NCBI GenBank assembly: GCA_024277725.1
Contig: JAJRUP010000097.1
Span: 264-64,263, forward strand
Reading direction: 5' to 3'
DNA: 64,000 nt
Origin: a bacterium
Lineage (GTDB): Bacteria > CG2-30-53-67
In this document: positions 9,811-18,800 of the stretch, in pieces
Position numbering within the stretch: position 1 is the first letter of the stretch
Layout: each line of letters begins with the position of its first letter
Program-made: the position numbers and the translations under genes
Notes under the pieces: generated by a model
Told to the model about the DNA's origin: nothing
Database searches by the model: none
What the model saw: the letters and a program-made list of their open reading frames with translations, nothing else

Positions 9811-11514
9811 TCATGTCAACCGCATAACTTCGTCGATGGTGGTCAATCCCACGACAACCTTCTTGAACCCGTCATTCCGCATCGGCATCATCCCCTGCCC
9901 CATTGCACATTTTTGGATCTCACCGGAGGAAGCCCCCTGCAGGATTAATTCACGAACGGCATCATTGACGGGAAGGAGTTCATAGATGGCGGCCCGCCCC
10001 CGGTAACCGCTCTGGTTGCATTTGTCGCAGCCCGTCCCCCGGTAGAAGGAGAACCCCTCCATTTCTCCCAGACCCAACGCCTGTAGTTCTTCGGCAGGGA
10101 CCGTGTAGGATTCCTTGCAGTCGGGACAGATCTTCCGCACCAGCCGTTGGGCCAGGACCATGATAATGGAAGAGGCCAGAAGATAGGGATCGAGTCCCAT
10201 GTCGATGAGTCGGGGAAGGGCCCCCGCCGCATCATTGGTATGGAGGGTGGAGAAGACAAGATGCCCCGTCAGGGCAGCCCGGATCGCCATTTCCGCCGTC
10301 TCCGAATCCCGCATCTCCCCGACGAGGATCACATCGGGGTCCTGCCGCAGGAGGGAGCGTAAACCGGAGGCAAAGGTCATTCCGATCTCTTCGTTGATCT
10401 GGGTCTGGCGGATCACCGAAAGCTGGTATTCCACGGGATCCTCAAGGGTGGCAATCTTCTTGTCAAGAGAGTTGATATGGGCAAGAGCCGTGTAGAGGGT
10501 CGTCGTCTTGCCCGAACCGGTGGGGCCGGTAACGAGGATGATCCCGTGGGGGCGCTGGATCATCTCCGTAAAGATCTCGAGATTCTGCGGGGAGAAACCG
10601 AGGTCCTCCAACCCCAGGATCACCTTCGACTTGTCGAGAATCCGCATGACGACGTTTTCACCATGGATGGTGGGGAGGGTCGAGACCCGAAGATCAACAT
10701 CCTTCTTCCCGACCTGGAAGCGGATCTTTCCGTCCTGGGGGATGCGCGATTCAGCGATATTCAGATCGGCCAGGATCTTGATCCGCGCGATCACGGAAGG
10801 CTGCAGTTGCTTCGGCAGCAGAAAACCCTGCTGTAGGGCACCGTCGAGACGATAACGAACGCGCAGTACCTTCTCATCCGGTTCAAAATGAACGTCCGTG
10901 GCTCCCTCGTTGACCCCCCGGAGGATCAGCTGATTCACCAATCGAATGATCGGAGCTTCCTGAGCCTCCTGATCGGCACGGTCCTTCCCCAATCCCTCGG
11001 CAAGGGCCTGATCGACGACTTCATCGATGGAGCCGGAAAATCCGTAATATTTGTTGATCGCCTCAAGGACATCCTTTTCCGAGGCGGCAATGACATTGAC
11101 CTCCAGCCCCGACTGGTTCTGGACTTCGTCAACGGCCACAACATCAAAAGTATCGACCATGGCAACAGTCAGGATATCCGACTCCCGGGAGATGGGGATG
11201 AGTTTGTATTTCCGGGCAATCTCCTCGGTGATCAGTTTCACGGCGTCAAGATCGATCTCGACGAATTCCAGGTTTTTCTGGACCGTCCCCGATTCCTGGG
11301 CCAGAGCCGCCTCGATCTGCTCCTGGGTCACGAAGCCGAGGCGGACCAGTATCTGGCCCAACATCTCCCGGGTCCGCTTCTGCTCCTTCAGGGAGATCCG
11401 GAGCTGTTCCGGGGTCAAAAGTCCCGCTTCAATCAACCGTTCGCCTAAAGGACGTGTTTTTGGGGGTGCACTCGCTGTCATCAGAAGAGGGCTTTCTTTC
11501 CAGGCACGGCTCAA
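9811..11514 (-). CDS. Type II secretion / type IV pilus assembly ATPase (GspE/PilB family) with N-terminal GspE_N (MshEN) domain
   Basis: Walker A box GPTGSGKTT, a tetracysteine zinc motif (CPDC...CDKC), and an N-terminal GspE_N helical domain (LGERLIEAGLLTPEQLRISLKEQ). The start may be the internal Met at about 11481. Confidence 0.9.
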   Translation of the reverse strand: MSRAWKESPLLMTASAPPKTRPLGERLIEAGLLTPEQLRISLKEQKRTREMLGQILVRLGFVTQEQIEAALAQESGTVQKNLEFVEIDLDAVKLITEEIARKYKLIPISRESDILTVAMVDTFDVVAVDEVQNQSGLEVNVIAASEKDVLEAINKYYGFSGSIDEVVDQALAEGLGKDRADQEAQEAPIIRLVNQLILRGVNEGATDVHFEPDEKVLRVRYRLDGALQQGFLLPKQLQPSVIARIKILADLNIAESRIPQDGKIRFQVGKKDVDLRVSTLPTIHGENVVMRILDKSKVILGLEDLGFSPQNLEIFTEMIQRPHGIILVTGPTGSGKTTTLYTALAHINSLDKKIATLEDPVEYQLSVIRQTQINEEIGMTFASGLRSLLRQDPDVILVGEMRDSETAEMAIRAALTGHLVFSTLHTNDAAGALPRLIDMGLDPYLLASSIIMVLAQRLVRKICPDCKESYTVPAEELQALGLGEMEGFSFYRGTGCDKCNQSGYRGRAAIYELLPVNDAVRELILQGASSGEIQKCAMGQGMMPMRNDGFKKVVVGLTTIDEVMRLT

Positions 11515-11572
11515 ACGACCGGACGTGGAAATACCGTCGACCGGAGGGGAGAATAATCACCGGTCGACATCA

Positions 11573-12193
11573 TTATTTCACGCGGAAACCGATGTCGTCG
11601 CCCCCCAGCGTCGGACTGTCGGAGATCAGCTGCTTCACATCGGTATTGATCACTCCATCGGGACCGGCGGAAAGAACAAACGTCGCCTGATATCCGCCTG
11701 TGCCATTTTTCCAGAGACCGATCACATTACAGTAGTATTTGTTTCCCCAGGGATCGCTTTTGATCTCGTTGATATAGGGCCCCTTCCATCGGAATTCCCC
11801 GCTCGTCGGATAGGGATTGCCGCCCCCTTCGGGATCGTTCAGGATCAACTGATTCTCAAAGGTGTCCCTTCGGGTCGCGCCCCAGGTCACCCAGCCGCCG
11901 GTATCGGTCCCGCTGTGACCGGGAGTATTTCCGTCGGACGTCTCCAGAACATAGAGATAATTGCTGCTCCCGGAGCTGGGGTCGTCATCGCTGGGCCATT
12001 TCCCCGTATCCTTGTAGAAATCCGCGATGGCCGCCCCCAAGACCTGGACATCGTTCTTGGCCCGGGCGATCTTGGAGTCATCAATGTTCTTGATGATCGA
12101 CGGGGTCATGATCGCCGCCAGGATCGCGATAACAGCAATGACCACGATAATCTCCACCAATGTGAACCCTTCCTGCCTGCCAAACCTTTTCAT
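11573..12193 (-). CDS. Type IV pilin / pseudopilin (prepilin-type N-terminal cleavage and methylation domain)
   Basis: MKRFGRQEG|FTLVEIIVVIAVIAILAAI is a class III signal with Gly at -1 and Glu at +5. An RBS AGGGGAGG precedes the ATG at 12193. The ORF track lists a longer 217-aa form. Confidence 0.8.
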   Translation of the reverse strand: MKRFGRQEGFTLVEIIVVIAVIAILAAIMTPSIIKNIDDSKIARAKNDVQVLGAAIADFYKDTGKWPSDDDPSSGSSNYLYVLETSDGNTPGHSGTDTGGWVTWGATRRDTFENQLILNDPEGGGNPYPTSGEFRWKGPYINEIKSDPWGNKYYCNVIGLWKNGTGGYQATFVLSAGPDGVINTDVKQLISDSPTLGGDDIGFRVK

Positions 12194-12515
12194 AGTGCAC
12201 CTCCCCTGATTTTTTTTCGACGCCACTGTAAACCGGGATCGTGGTCATCTTGCCGCAACAGCCGAAGATCACGGAAGCCTCCGGGCTTCATCCTTTTTTT
12301 GCAGGTTTCCGATAAAAAATCACACAGATATCCATCTTTGTTCGGATGAGTATCGCTCTTATCGGCATTACAACCTCCAAACTTTAGGAAAGCCTTTTCA
12401 AATGAGTAAAAATTTCCCCCAATTCCCCCCAAAAAAAGGTTCACCCCACGATACAAATGGAGTACAATTAGAAAAGTCAAGGAGTGAATATCTCTTCAAC
12501 TTTCAGGAGCGGAAC

Positions 12516-13469
12516 GTGAAAATTCTTGTCACCGGCGGCGCAGGATTTATCGGAAGCAACCTTGCGGAACGATGTATCGAGGCAGGACATACCGTGGTCG
12601 TCTTTGACGATTTCAGTACGGGACGAAAGGAAAATCTGGACGGAATCATCGACCATCCCGATTTCAGTCTCATCGAAGGGAGCATCCTCGATCGGGCCCA
12701 TCTGGCCGATGTGATGCAATCCTTCGGCATCGAGGCCATCTCCCACCAGGCGGCAAGACCGAGCGTCGCCCGAAGCGTGGAAGACCCGCTCGCCACCAAT
12801 GAAATCAACGTTACCGGGACCCTCAATCTGCTGAAGGCCGCTTTTGACTGCGGCATCGGAAAGGTTGTCGTGGCCATCTCCTCCTCCGTCTACGGCGACA
12901 CCCCGGAGCTTCCCAAGAAAGAATCGATGCCCTACAATCCACAGTCGCCTTATGCCGTCTCAAAGGTAACGAAAGAACTCTATCTCAAGGTCTTCCACGA
13001 CATCTACGGTCTCGACACGGTGGGACTGCGTTATTTCAACGTCTACGGTCGTCGCCAGGATCCGAAGTCCGACTATGCCGCCGTCATCCCCAAGTTCGTT
13101 TCGGCCGCCCTGAGGGGGGACCCGATCACCATTGAGGGCGACGGAAAACAGACAAGGGATTTCACCTACATCGACGATGTGGTTGATGCCAACCTTGCAG
13201 GATTTGTCAAGAACCCCGCGGCGGGCCGATCTTTCAACATCGCTTTCGGCAAGCGGATCAGCATCCTGGAACTGGCGGAAAAGATCATCGAGATCACCGG
13301 ATCAAAATCCCGGATCACCTTCCGGGAGAAACGGAAAGGAGATATCCGCCATTCCCTGGCCGATGTCTCTTATGCCGGAAAGTATCTCGACTATCAGCCG
13401 AAGTTCGATCTGGAAAAGGGACTGACCGAGACGATTCGCTGGTATCAAAGCGTTTTGATAAAAGCATAA
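12516..13469 (+). CDS. NAD-dependent epimerase/dehydratase (UDP-sugar 4-epimerase family)
   Basis: Rossmann motif VTGGAGFIGSNL and catalytic YAVSK (YxxxK). Probable GTG start at 12516 after an AGGAG RBS; the ORF track begins at 12402. Confidence 0.8.
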   Translation: MKILVTGGAGFIGSNLAERCIEAGHTVVVFDDFSTGRKENLDGIIDHPDFSLIEGSILDRAHLADVMQSFGIEAISHQAARPSVARSVEDPLATNEINVTGTLNLLKAAFDCGIGKVVVAISSSVYGDTPELPKKESMPYNPQSPYAVSKVTKELYLKVFHDIYGLDTVGLRYFNVYGRRQDPKSDYAAVIPKFVSAALRGDPITIEGDGKQTRDFTYIDDVVDANLAGFVKNPAAGRSFNIAFGKRISILELAEKIIEITGSKSRITFREKRKGDIRHSLADVSYAGKYLDYQPKFDLEKGLTETIRWYQSVLIKA

Positions 13470-13530
13470 AGGTTCTCGAATTCAGAACGTTGAAAAAGCC
13501 GGCCGGCATGCCGGCGATCCCACACCGGAA

Positions 13531-13546
13531 GGGAAGTTCCATTGCA
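13531..13546 (+). promoter_or_regulatory. Sigma-54 promoter candidate upstream of the exosortase gene
   Basis: GGGAAG-TTCCA-TTGCA, with GG and GC correctly spaced and a perfect TTGCA -12 element. Confidence 0.4.
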
Positions 13547-13569
13547 CGGGGGGTACCAAGTTCTCCCGA

Positions 13570-14496
13570 ATGGAACCGAAAGGGCGGAGCTGTATCAAAA
13601 CCACACGACAAACACACTCATCCACCATGCCAACCCTTCAGGGGGTAAAATTCTTCAAATTGCAGCTTGGTCTTCTGAGCCTCGGTTTGCTGATCCTTTA
13701 CGCCCCCGTCTTTCCCGAACTCTGGCGGGACTGGAATCAGGACCCCAATTACGGTTACGGTATCTTTGTTCCATTCATCTCCGCGTTTTGCGTCTGGCAC
13801 AAAAGAAAAGAAATCGCACAAATTCGTCCGGTCCCTTACGGCCCCGGATTGCTCATCGTTCTCTTCGGGTTGTCGATCTACCTGATCGGAATCGCAGGGA
13901 ACGAACTCTTTTCCACACGCGTCTCTTTCATCGTGGTTCTCCTCGGAATCCTCATGACAATCTGGGGAAAACGAGGGGCAAAAACCGTATCATTTCCTCT
14001 TTGTTATCTTTTTCTGATGATCCAGTTACCTTACATTCTTTACTATGCCATCGCATCGCCCATGAAACTCTTCGCCACGAAATGGGCTGTTTACGCCGTC
14101 GACATGCTTCACATCACCGTTCACCATCAAGGAAACATCATTTATCTTCCGAATACCACTCTGGAGGTCGCCAATGCCTGCAGCGGACTGCGTTCCCTGA
14201 CCTCACTTCTGACCTTCGGGATCGCCTTCGCCTACATCGCCCAGCAACGCTTCCTTCCCCGAGCGTTCCTGGTCGCCGCCATCTTTCCCATTGCCGTGAT
14301 CAGCAACATTCTCCGGATCGTCGTTACGGCCCTTCTGGCCGTCTACAGGGGACCGGAAGCGGCGCAAGGCTTTCTGCATGAAACCTCCGGGATTGTGGTC
14401 TATACGACCGCCACAATTCTTATCTTCGGGACCAATGAAGTTCTCCGGAGTATCCGCCGGTGGACGGCACAACCGCAATCGATGAAGCCGTCATGA
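13570..14496 (+). CDS. xrtA: Exosortase (XrtA/EpsH family) polytopic membrane transpeptidase
   Basis: Eight or more TM helices and conserved exosortase motifs (ANACSGLRSL, NILRIVVTALL). Alternative start at 13627 (MPTLQGVKFF). Adjacent to EpsI, with a PEP-CTERM protein in the window. Confidence 0.85.
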   Translation: MEPKGRSCIKTTRQTHSSTMPTLQGVKFFKLQLGLLSLGLLILYAPVFPELWRDWNQDPNYGYGIFVPFISAFCVWHKRKEIAQIRPVPYGPGLLIVLFGLSIYLIGIAGNELFSTRVSFIVVLLGILMTIWGKRGAKTVSFPLCYLFLMIQLPYILYYAIASPMKLFATKWAVYAVDMLHITVHHQGNIIYLPNTTLEVANACSGLRSLTSLLTFGIAFAYIAQQRFLPRAFLVAAIFPIAVISNILRIVVTALLAVYRGPEAAQGFLHETSGIVVYTTATILIFGTNEVLRSIRRWTAQPQSMKPS

Positions 14497-15131
14497 ACAG
14501 ATCCACTCTCTATTTTTCAGTGATTTTCATCCTCATGCTTGTCGTCTTTCTGTACGGACGGTCACTGTCACATCCCATTCCGGTACCCCTCGCACGGGAT
14601 CTTTCGACCTTTCCGCACCAAATCGGCGCATGGAAAAGCGAAGAAATCCCCCTGGCGCCGGCCATCCTGCAAAAGCTCGGCACCGATGAGATTCTGAACC
14701 GGGCCTACCGGTCCCCCTTCGGACAAACCCTTTGGCTCTACATCGGGTACTACCCGATGCAACAGAATGGTGCCCAGATTCATTCCCCCTTGCATTGTTA
14801 TCCGGGCAGCGGTTGGACCCCGGTCCAGCGGGACGTCGTTACCGTTCCGATCGGCAATCGGAAAGTTCATGTCAACCGGATGGTGATCCGAAACGGAAAC
14901 CAGAAACGACTCGTCACGTACTGGTACCAGGCACAAAACCGGGTGATCGCAAACGAGTATCTCCAACGGCTAAATTTGATTGTGACGGCTTTTTGGAAAC
15001 ATCGGACAGACGGCTCGCTCATCAGAATTTCAATGGCCGTTCATGATGATCGGCCCGAGGAAAACTGGAAGGCAATCGTTTCTTTCATGCAGGACATGTA
15101 TCCCCAACTCATCGCATATATTCCACAGTGA
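14493..15131 (+). CDS. epsI: EpsI-family exosortase-associated protein
   Basis: N-terminal TM segment, then conserved EpsI motifs (WLYIGYYPMQQNGAQIHSPLHCYPGSGW). The start overlaps the exosortase stop by 4 nt (ATGA). Confidence 0.8.
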   Translation: MNRSTLYFSVIFILMLVVFLYGRSLSHPIPVPLARDLSTFPHQIGAWKSEEIPLAPAILQKLGTDEILNRAYRSPFGQTLWLYIGYYPMQQNGAQIHSPLHCYPGSGWTPVQRDVVTVPIGNRKVHVNRMVIRNGNQKRLVTYWYQAQNRVIANEYLQRLNLIVTAFWKHRTDGSLIRISMAVHDDRPEENWKAIVSFMQDMYPQLIAYIPQ

Positions 15132-15220
15132 CCTTTCTTGTTCGTCACCTGTCCGGATGCGACTTCGTTTTTATTGAGACTTTCTTTTTGGGTTCTGCAA
15201 AGAGCTGGTAAAGCAGGAGC

Positions 15221-15607
15221 ATGCAAGAAATTATGGAAGAATCCAACCAAAGCAAGGTAGTCATCATCGGCGGTGGACCGGCAAGTTTGACAGCGGCCTA
15301 TGAGCTTTCGAAACGAGGCATGGAAGCGTTTGTTCTTGAGAAAGAACAAACCGTTGGGGGAATCTCAAAAACCGTAAATTACAAAAATTACTACTTTGAC
15401 TTGGGGGGACACCGCTTTTCCACGAAGGTCAAGCAAGTGGACGAGATGTGGCGTGAGATCCTGAGAGATGATTTCCTCCAGCGGAAACGGCTGTCGAGGA
15501 TTTATTATAATAAAAAATTCTTTTATTATCCCCTCCGTCCCATGAATGCCCTGTGGGGGTTAGGACTCTGGAAATGTGGAAGGAAAGTCTCTATTCAGCG
15601 GACTTAA
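15221..15607 (+). pseudogene. Truncated N-terminal fragment of an FAD/NAD(P)-binding oxidoreductase
   Basis: VVIIGGGPASLTAAYELSKRG is a dinucleotide-binding GxGxxG beta-alpha-beta motif. The ORF is only 128 aa and ends in an AT-rich intergenic stretch with no downstream continuation in any frame. Confidence 0.5.
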
Positions 15608-15705
15608 GAGGATTATAGGAAATCGATTTCCATGCCGGCGGACTACGGACTATAATTGCCTTATATTGTAGTAAGTAACGAATATTTGCCAGGCCCTTTT
15701 GCGTT

Positions 15706-15721
15706 TGGTAAAATTCTTGCA
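15706..15721 (+). promoter_or_regulatory. Sigma-54 promoter candidate upstream of the giant secreted protein gene
   Basis: TGGTAA-AATTC-TTGCA, with GG-N10-GC spacing and a perfect TTGCA -12 element, about 95 nt upstream of the ATG at 15816. Confidence 0.45.
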
Positions 15722-15815
15722 TAAATATCAGGCTGTACAATCAGGATGTAGATCGGTTCTCAAACGGATTTTATTATTGTGAAGTGGATTGAATGCCTGC
15801 TGAATCCTGCTAATT

Positions 15816-18800
15816 ATGAAGCCGCCGGCAGAAGCACATGGAGTTTGTTCTATGCGCTCCCTTTTCTGCCTTGCTCTCTTTCTTCTCTTCGCCGGGGCCA
15901 AGGGAGCGGGGGCAACGACATATTATGCCCATCCGGAGTGTTCGGACAATCCGTCGAGCCCGATTGAACAGGTCGGGACATATGACTGCTCTGCCCATGT
16001 TTGCACTGATGCCGATCCGGCCAGTGATGCCTGCTTTATTCGACGGGCTGCCGCCTTTGCCTCCGCTGACGGAGATGTGGTGGAGTTGGAGGATGGGACC
16101 TATCTTCTCAAGCAACCGGTGATATTTCCGGACCGGACGGCCACGACCTATATTAAGGCAGCGCATGCGGGTGCGGTTACGATCACGTCCGCGGGTGCCC
16201 TCACTAAGTTATTCGACATGGGAGGGGGAAACGGCTCGGATAACTGGCAGATCGAAGGACTCCTCTTTGATGGAAACGGGAAGACCGCCACCGGGATAGA
16301 AGCCTCCAGCGTGAAGGTCAAGATTTACAACAATACCTTCAGAAACTGTGATCACGGGATCAGCGCGGGGGGGGCGCCGGCCGGCAAAGGCAAGGACATT
16401 CAAGGGAATCTCTTCTATCACTGCAGCTATGCCATGGTGTGGAGTGGAGACTGGTATGATACAACGGTCAAGAATAATACAATCGTGGACAATGACCATG
16501 TGCTTTACTTCTCGGGATACTGGATGACGGGAAGCATTTTTACCAATAACCTCATCGCTTGGAACAACGGCACCTCGGGCGAACAAATCCTCTTTACCAA
16601 TCTTCCCGAAACCTTCCTGAACAACAATGTCTACAGCGATCAAACTGCTGCCAGAGCCTATGACTTCATCACCTGGAGGTACGAAGGTTTTCCGGGGAGC
16701 GTAGACGCCTCGAATCTCTCCCTGCCACCGAATTTTGTGGACCGTGCCGGGGGCGACTACAGCCTGGCCCCAGGTTCTCCCCTCATCGACAAAGGCGTAG
16801 CCTCGAGCCTTTCCACCGATCTTGCCGGGAATGGACGAAACCAGGGAAATGGGGTCGACATCGGCTGTTACGAATCTCCGTATACTGGGTGCGTCACCTA
16901 CAGTATTGCCACCATTCCGAACAAGGTAGTTGTGATTGGTAATTCCATTGCCGCCGGATACTCTGCGGTTTCTCCATCTGTCGGTATGGGTACGGATGCC
17001 ACGGATCCAAGTCAGGCCGGAACGCCCGCCAAATCCCTCCATGACCTTCTTGGGCCGTCGTGGACCGTTATTAACTGGGGCGTGCCAGGGCTCCATTCTG
17101 TATCGATGCCTCTTCTGGCCTACCGCGCCCTGGAAGAGGACCCGGAATGGGTGATTGTAGGGCCGGGATGGATCAATACCTTTGGCTGGCCGACCGCGAC
17201 GGTCAACAATATCACACCCGCGTATTTTGCGGAGTGCGCCAAGGAAACCGTGCGGGTTTTGAAGAATGCAGGGGTTGAGTCCAGGAAGATCATTCTTGTC
17301 GGCATGCTTGCCGAGGACTCCCAGCCGGACCAGGCGCCGACCCCCTCCGGTCACTACGCGAGCGTCAATATGAGCGCCGCCGAGATCCGGGACGTACTCG
17401 TGGATGTCGCCGTTGCGGAGGATGTACTGTTTGTGGATGCCTATCATATTTTTGCCGGCACGGAGATTCCGAACTGGAATACGACCTTTTTTAATAATGT
17501 TGACAACGACGTCCATCCCAATGTCCTCCACGGATATCCTCTCTTAGGCCGTCTCTGGTATAACATGATCTCCATGGGAGGAGCCTTTTTCATTCGGGAC
17601 GGTGCACCCCCCACGAACAATGAGATTTCCGTCTATCCCCTCTGCGAGGATGCCCGTTCCTATACGAACTCAGCCAGTAACGGTTGCATACTGACAAGCG
17701 ATAATACCTCGGCGGGAGTCCCATTCACGCCGATTAACAGGGGAGCACAGTTCAACCAAAAGATCCTTGATCTGCCCGGGGTACCGGACACTCCCGTGCG
17801 GGTCAAGGTGGATCCCACCATGCCCACGATGCATCTCTTGACCCTGGAGGAAGACGGAAATAACAGAAACGGAACGGAATTCAATCTGGAGCTGGGATCT
17901 TCCGGGAAGAGGACAGACATTACCATAGGTGCGATGGAGTATGGGGGGATTCATGTCGGGTCCTCCAGCCCTTCTCATGTCTTCACTATCCGGAACGAGG
18001 GCACGGAGGTGCTCGACATGGGGACGGTCTCAATCGCTGGAGGTGATGCCACCCAATTTGTTCTCCAAGGGGATACCTGTACGAGTATCTCTCTTCTTCC
18101 GGCGCAGACGTGCCAGGTCCGGGTTGCTTTCGCTCCCGGTACGGCAGGTACCAAAAGTGCTCGCCTTTCCATCCCGTTTGTTGATGTGGAGACAACCCGA
18201 CTGGACCTCCCGCTTACCGGTACGGGCATCGATCCCGATGATTTCGACGCCGACGGGCACAAGTCTATTTCCGCAGGCGGGGATGACTGTAATGACACCG
18301 ACTCCACCGTGTACGGAGGCGCACTCGAACTCTGCGACGGCCAGGATAATGACTGCGACACGGTAACGCCCCCGGACGAGGTTGACGATGACAGTGACGG
18401 TTATGTGGAGTGTACGCTGGACACCGGCGGATGGGACGGGGCTGTCTCCAAACTCGGGAACGACTGTGACGATAGCGATCCCAGTGTCCATCCGGGCGGT
18501 ACGGAAGGGCCCTTCGGAGACCTCACCTGTTCGGATCTGAAAGACAATGACTGCAACGGAGCTGTAGACAGTCTTGACCGTGCCTGCATGACCACGGGGG
18601 AAGTCATCGGCTATGTCCGCGAAGTGTGCGCGGGCTACACGAACTGCTACAACTCTCTGCAAGCCTGGCAACAAGCCAAGGGTGGTATCGATTTTACGGG
18701 ATGTTCTGTCGGGGATCTGGTCTGTGCCAACAAAATCGCAGTCGCTCAGATAGACGGAGCCTGGACCAATCCCGACACGGCGACGCTCACCATTGATGGA

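Noticed and set aside
12227-12515. Possible sigma-54 site (TTGGAGGTTGTAATGCC on the minus strand, about 12365-12382) for the pilin gene
   Set aside because: Weak -24/-12 match (4 mismatches in core positions) and about 180 nt from the start codon. Not reported as a feature.
16209-17531. Long antisense ORFs inside large plus- or minus-strand genes: 16209-17531, 18030-19283 and 4251-6059 (opposite the secretin), 51318-52028, 58599-59357, 61163-61975, 11051-12349
   Set aside because: Each lies entirely within a well-supported gene on the other strand, has no recognisable motifs and has no RBS. These are GC-rich antisense reading-frame artefacts.
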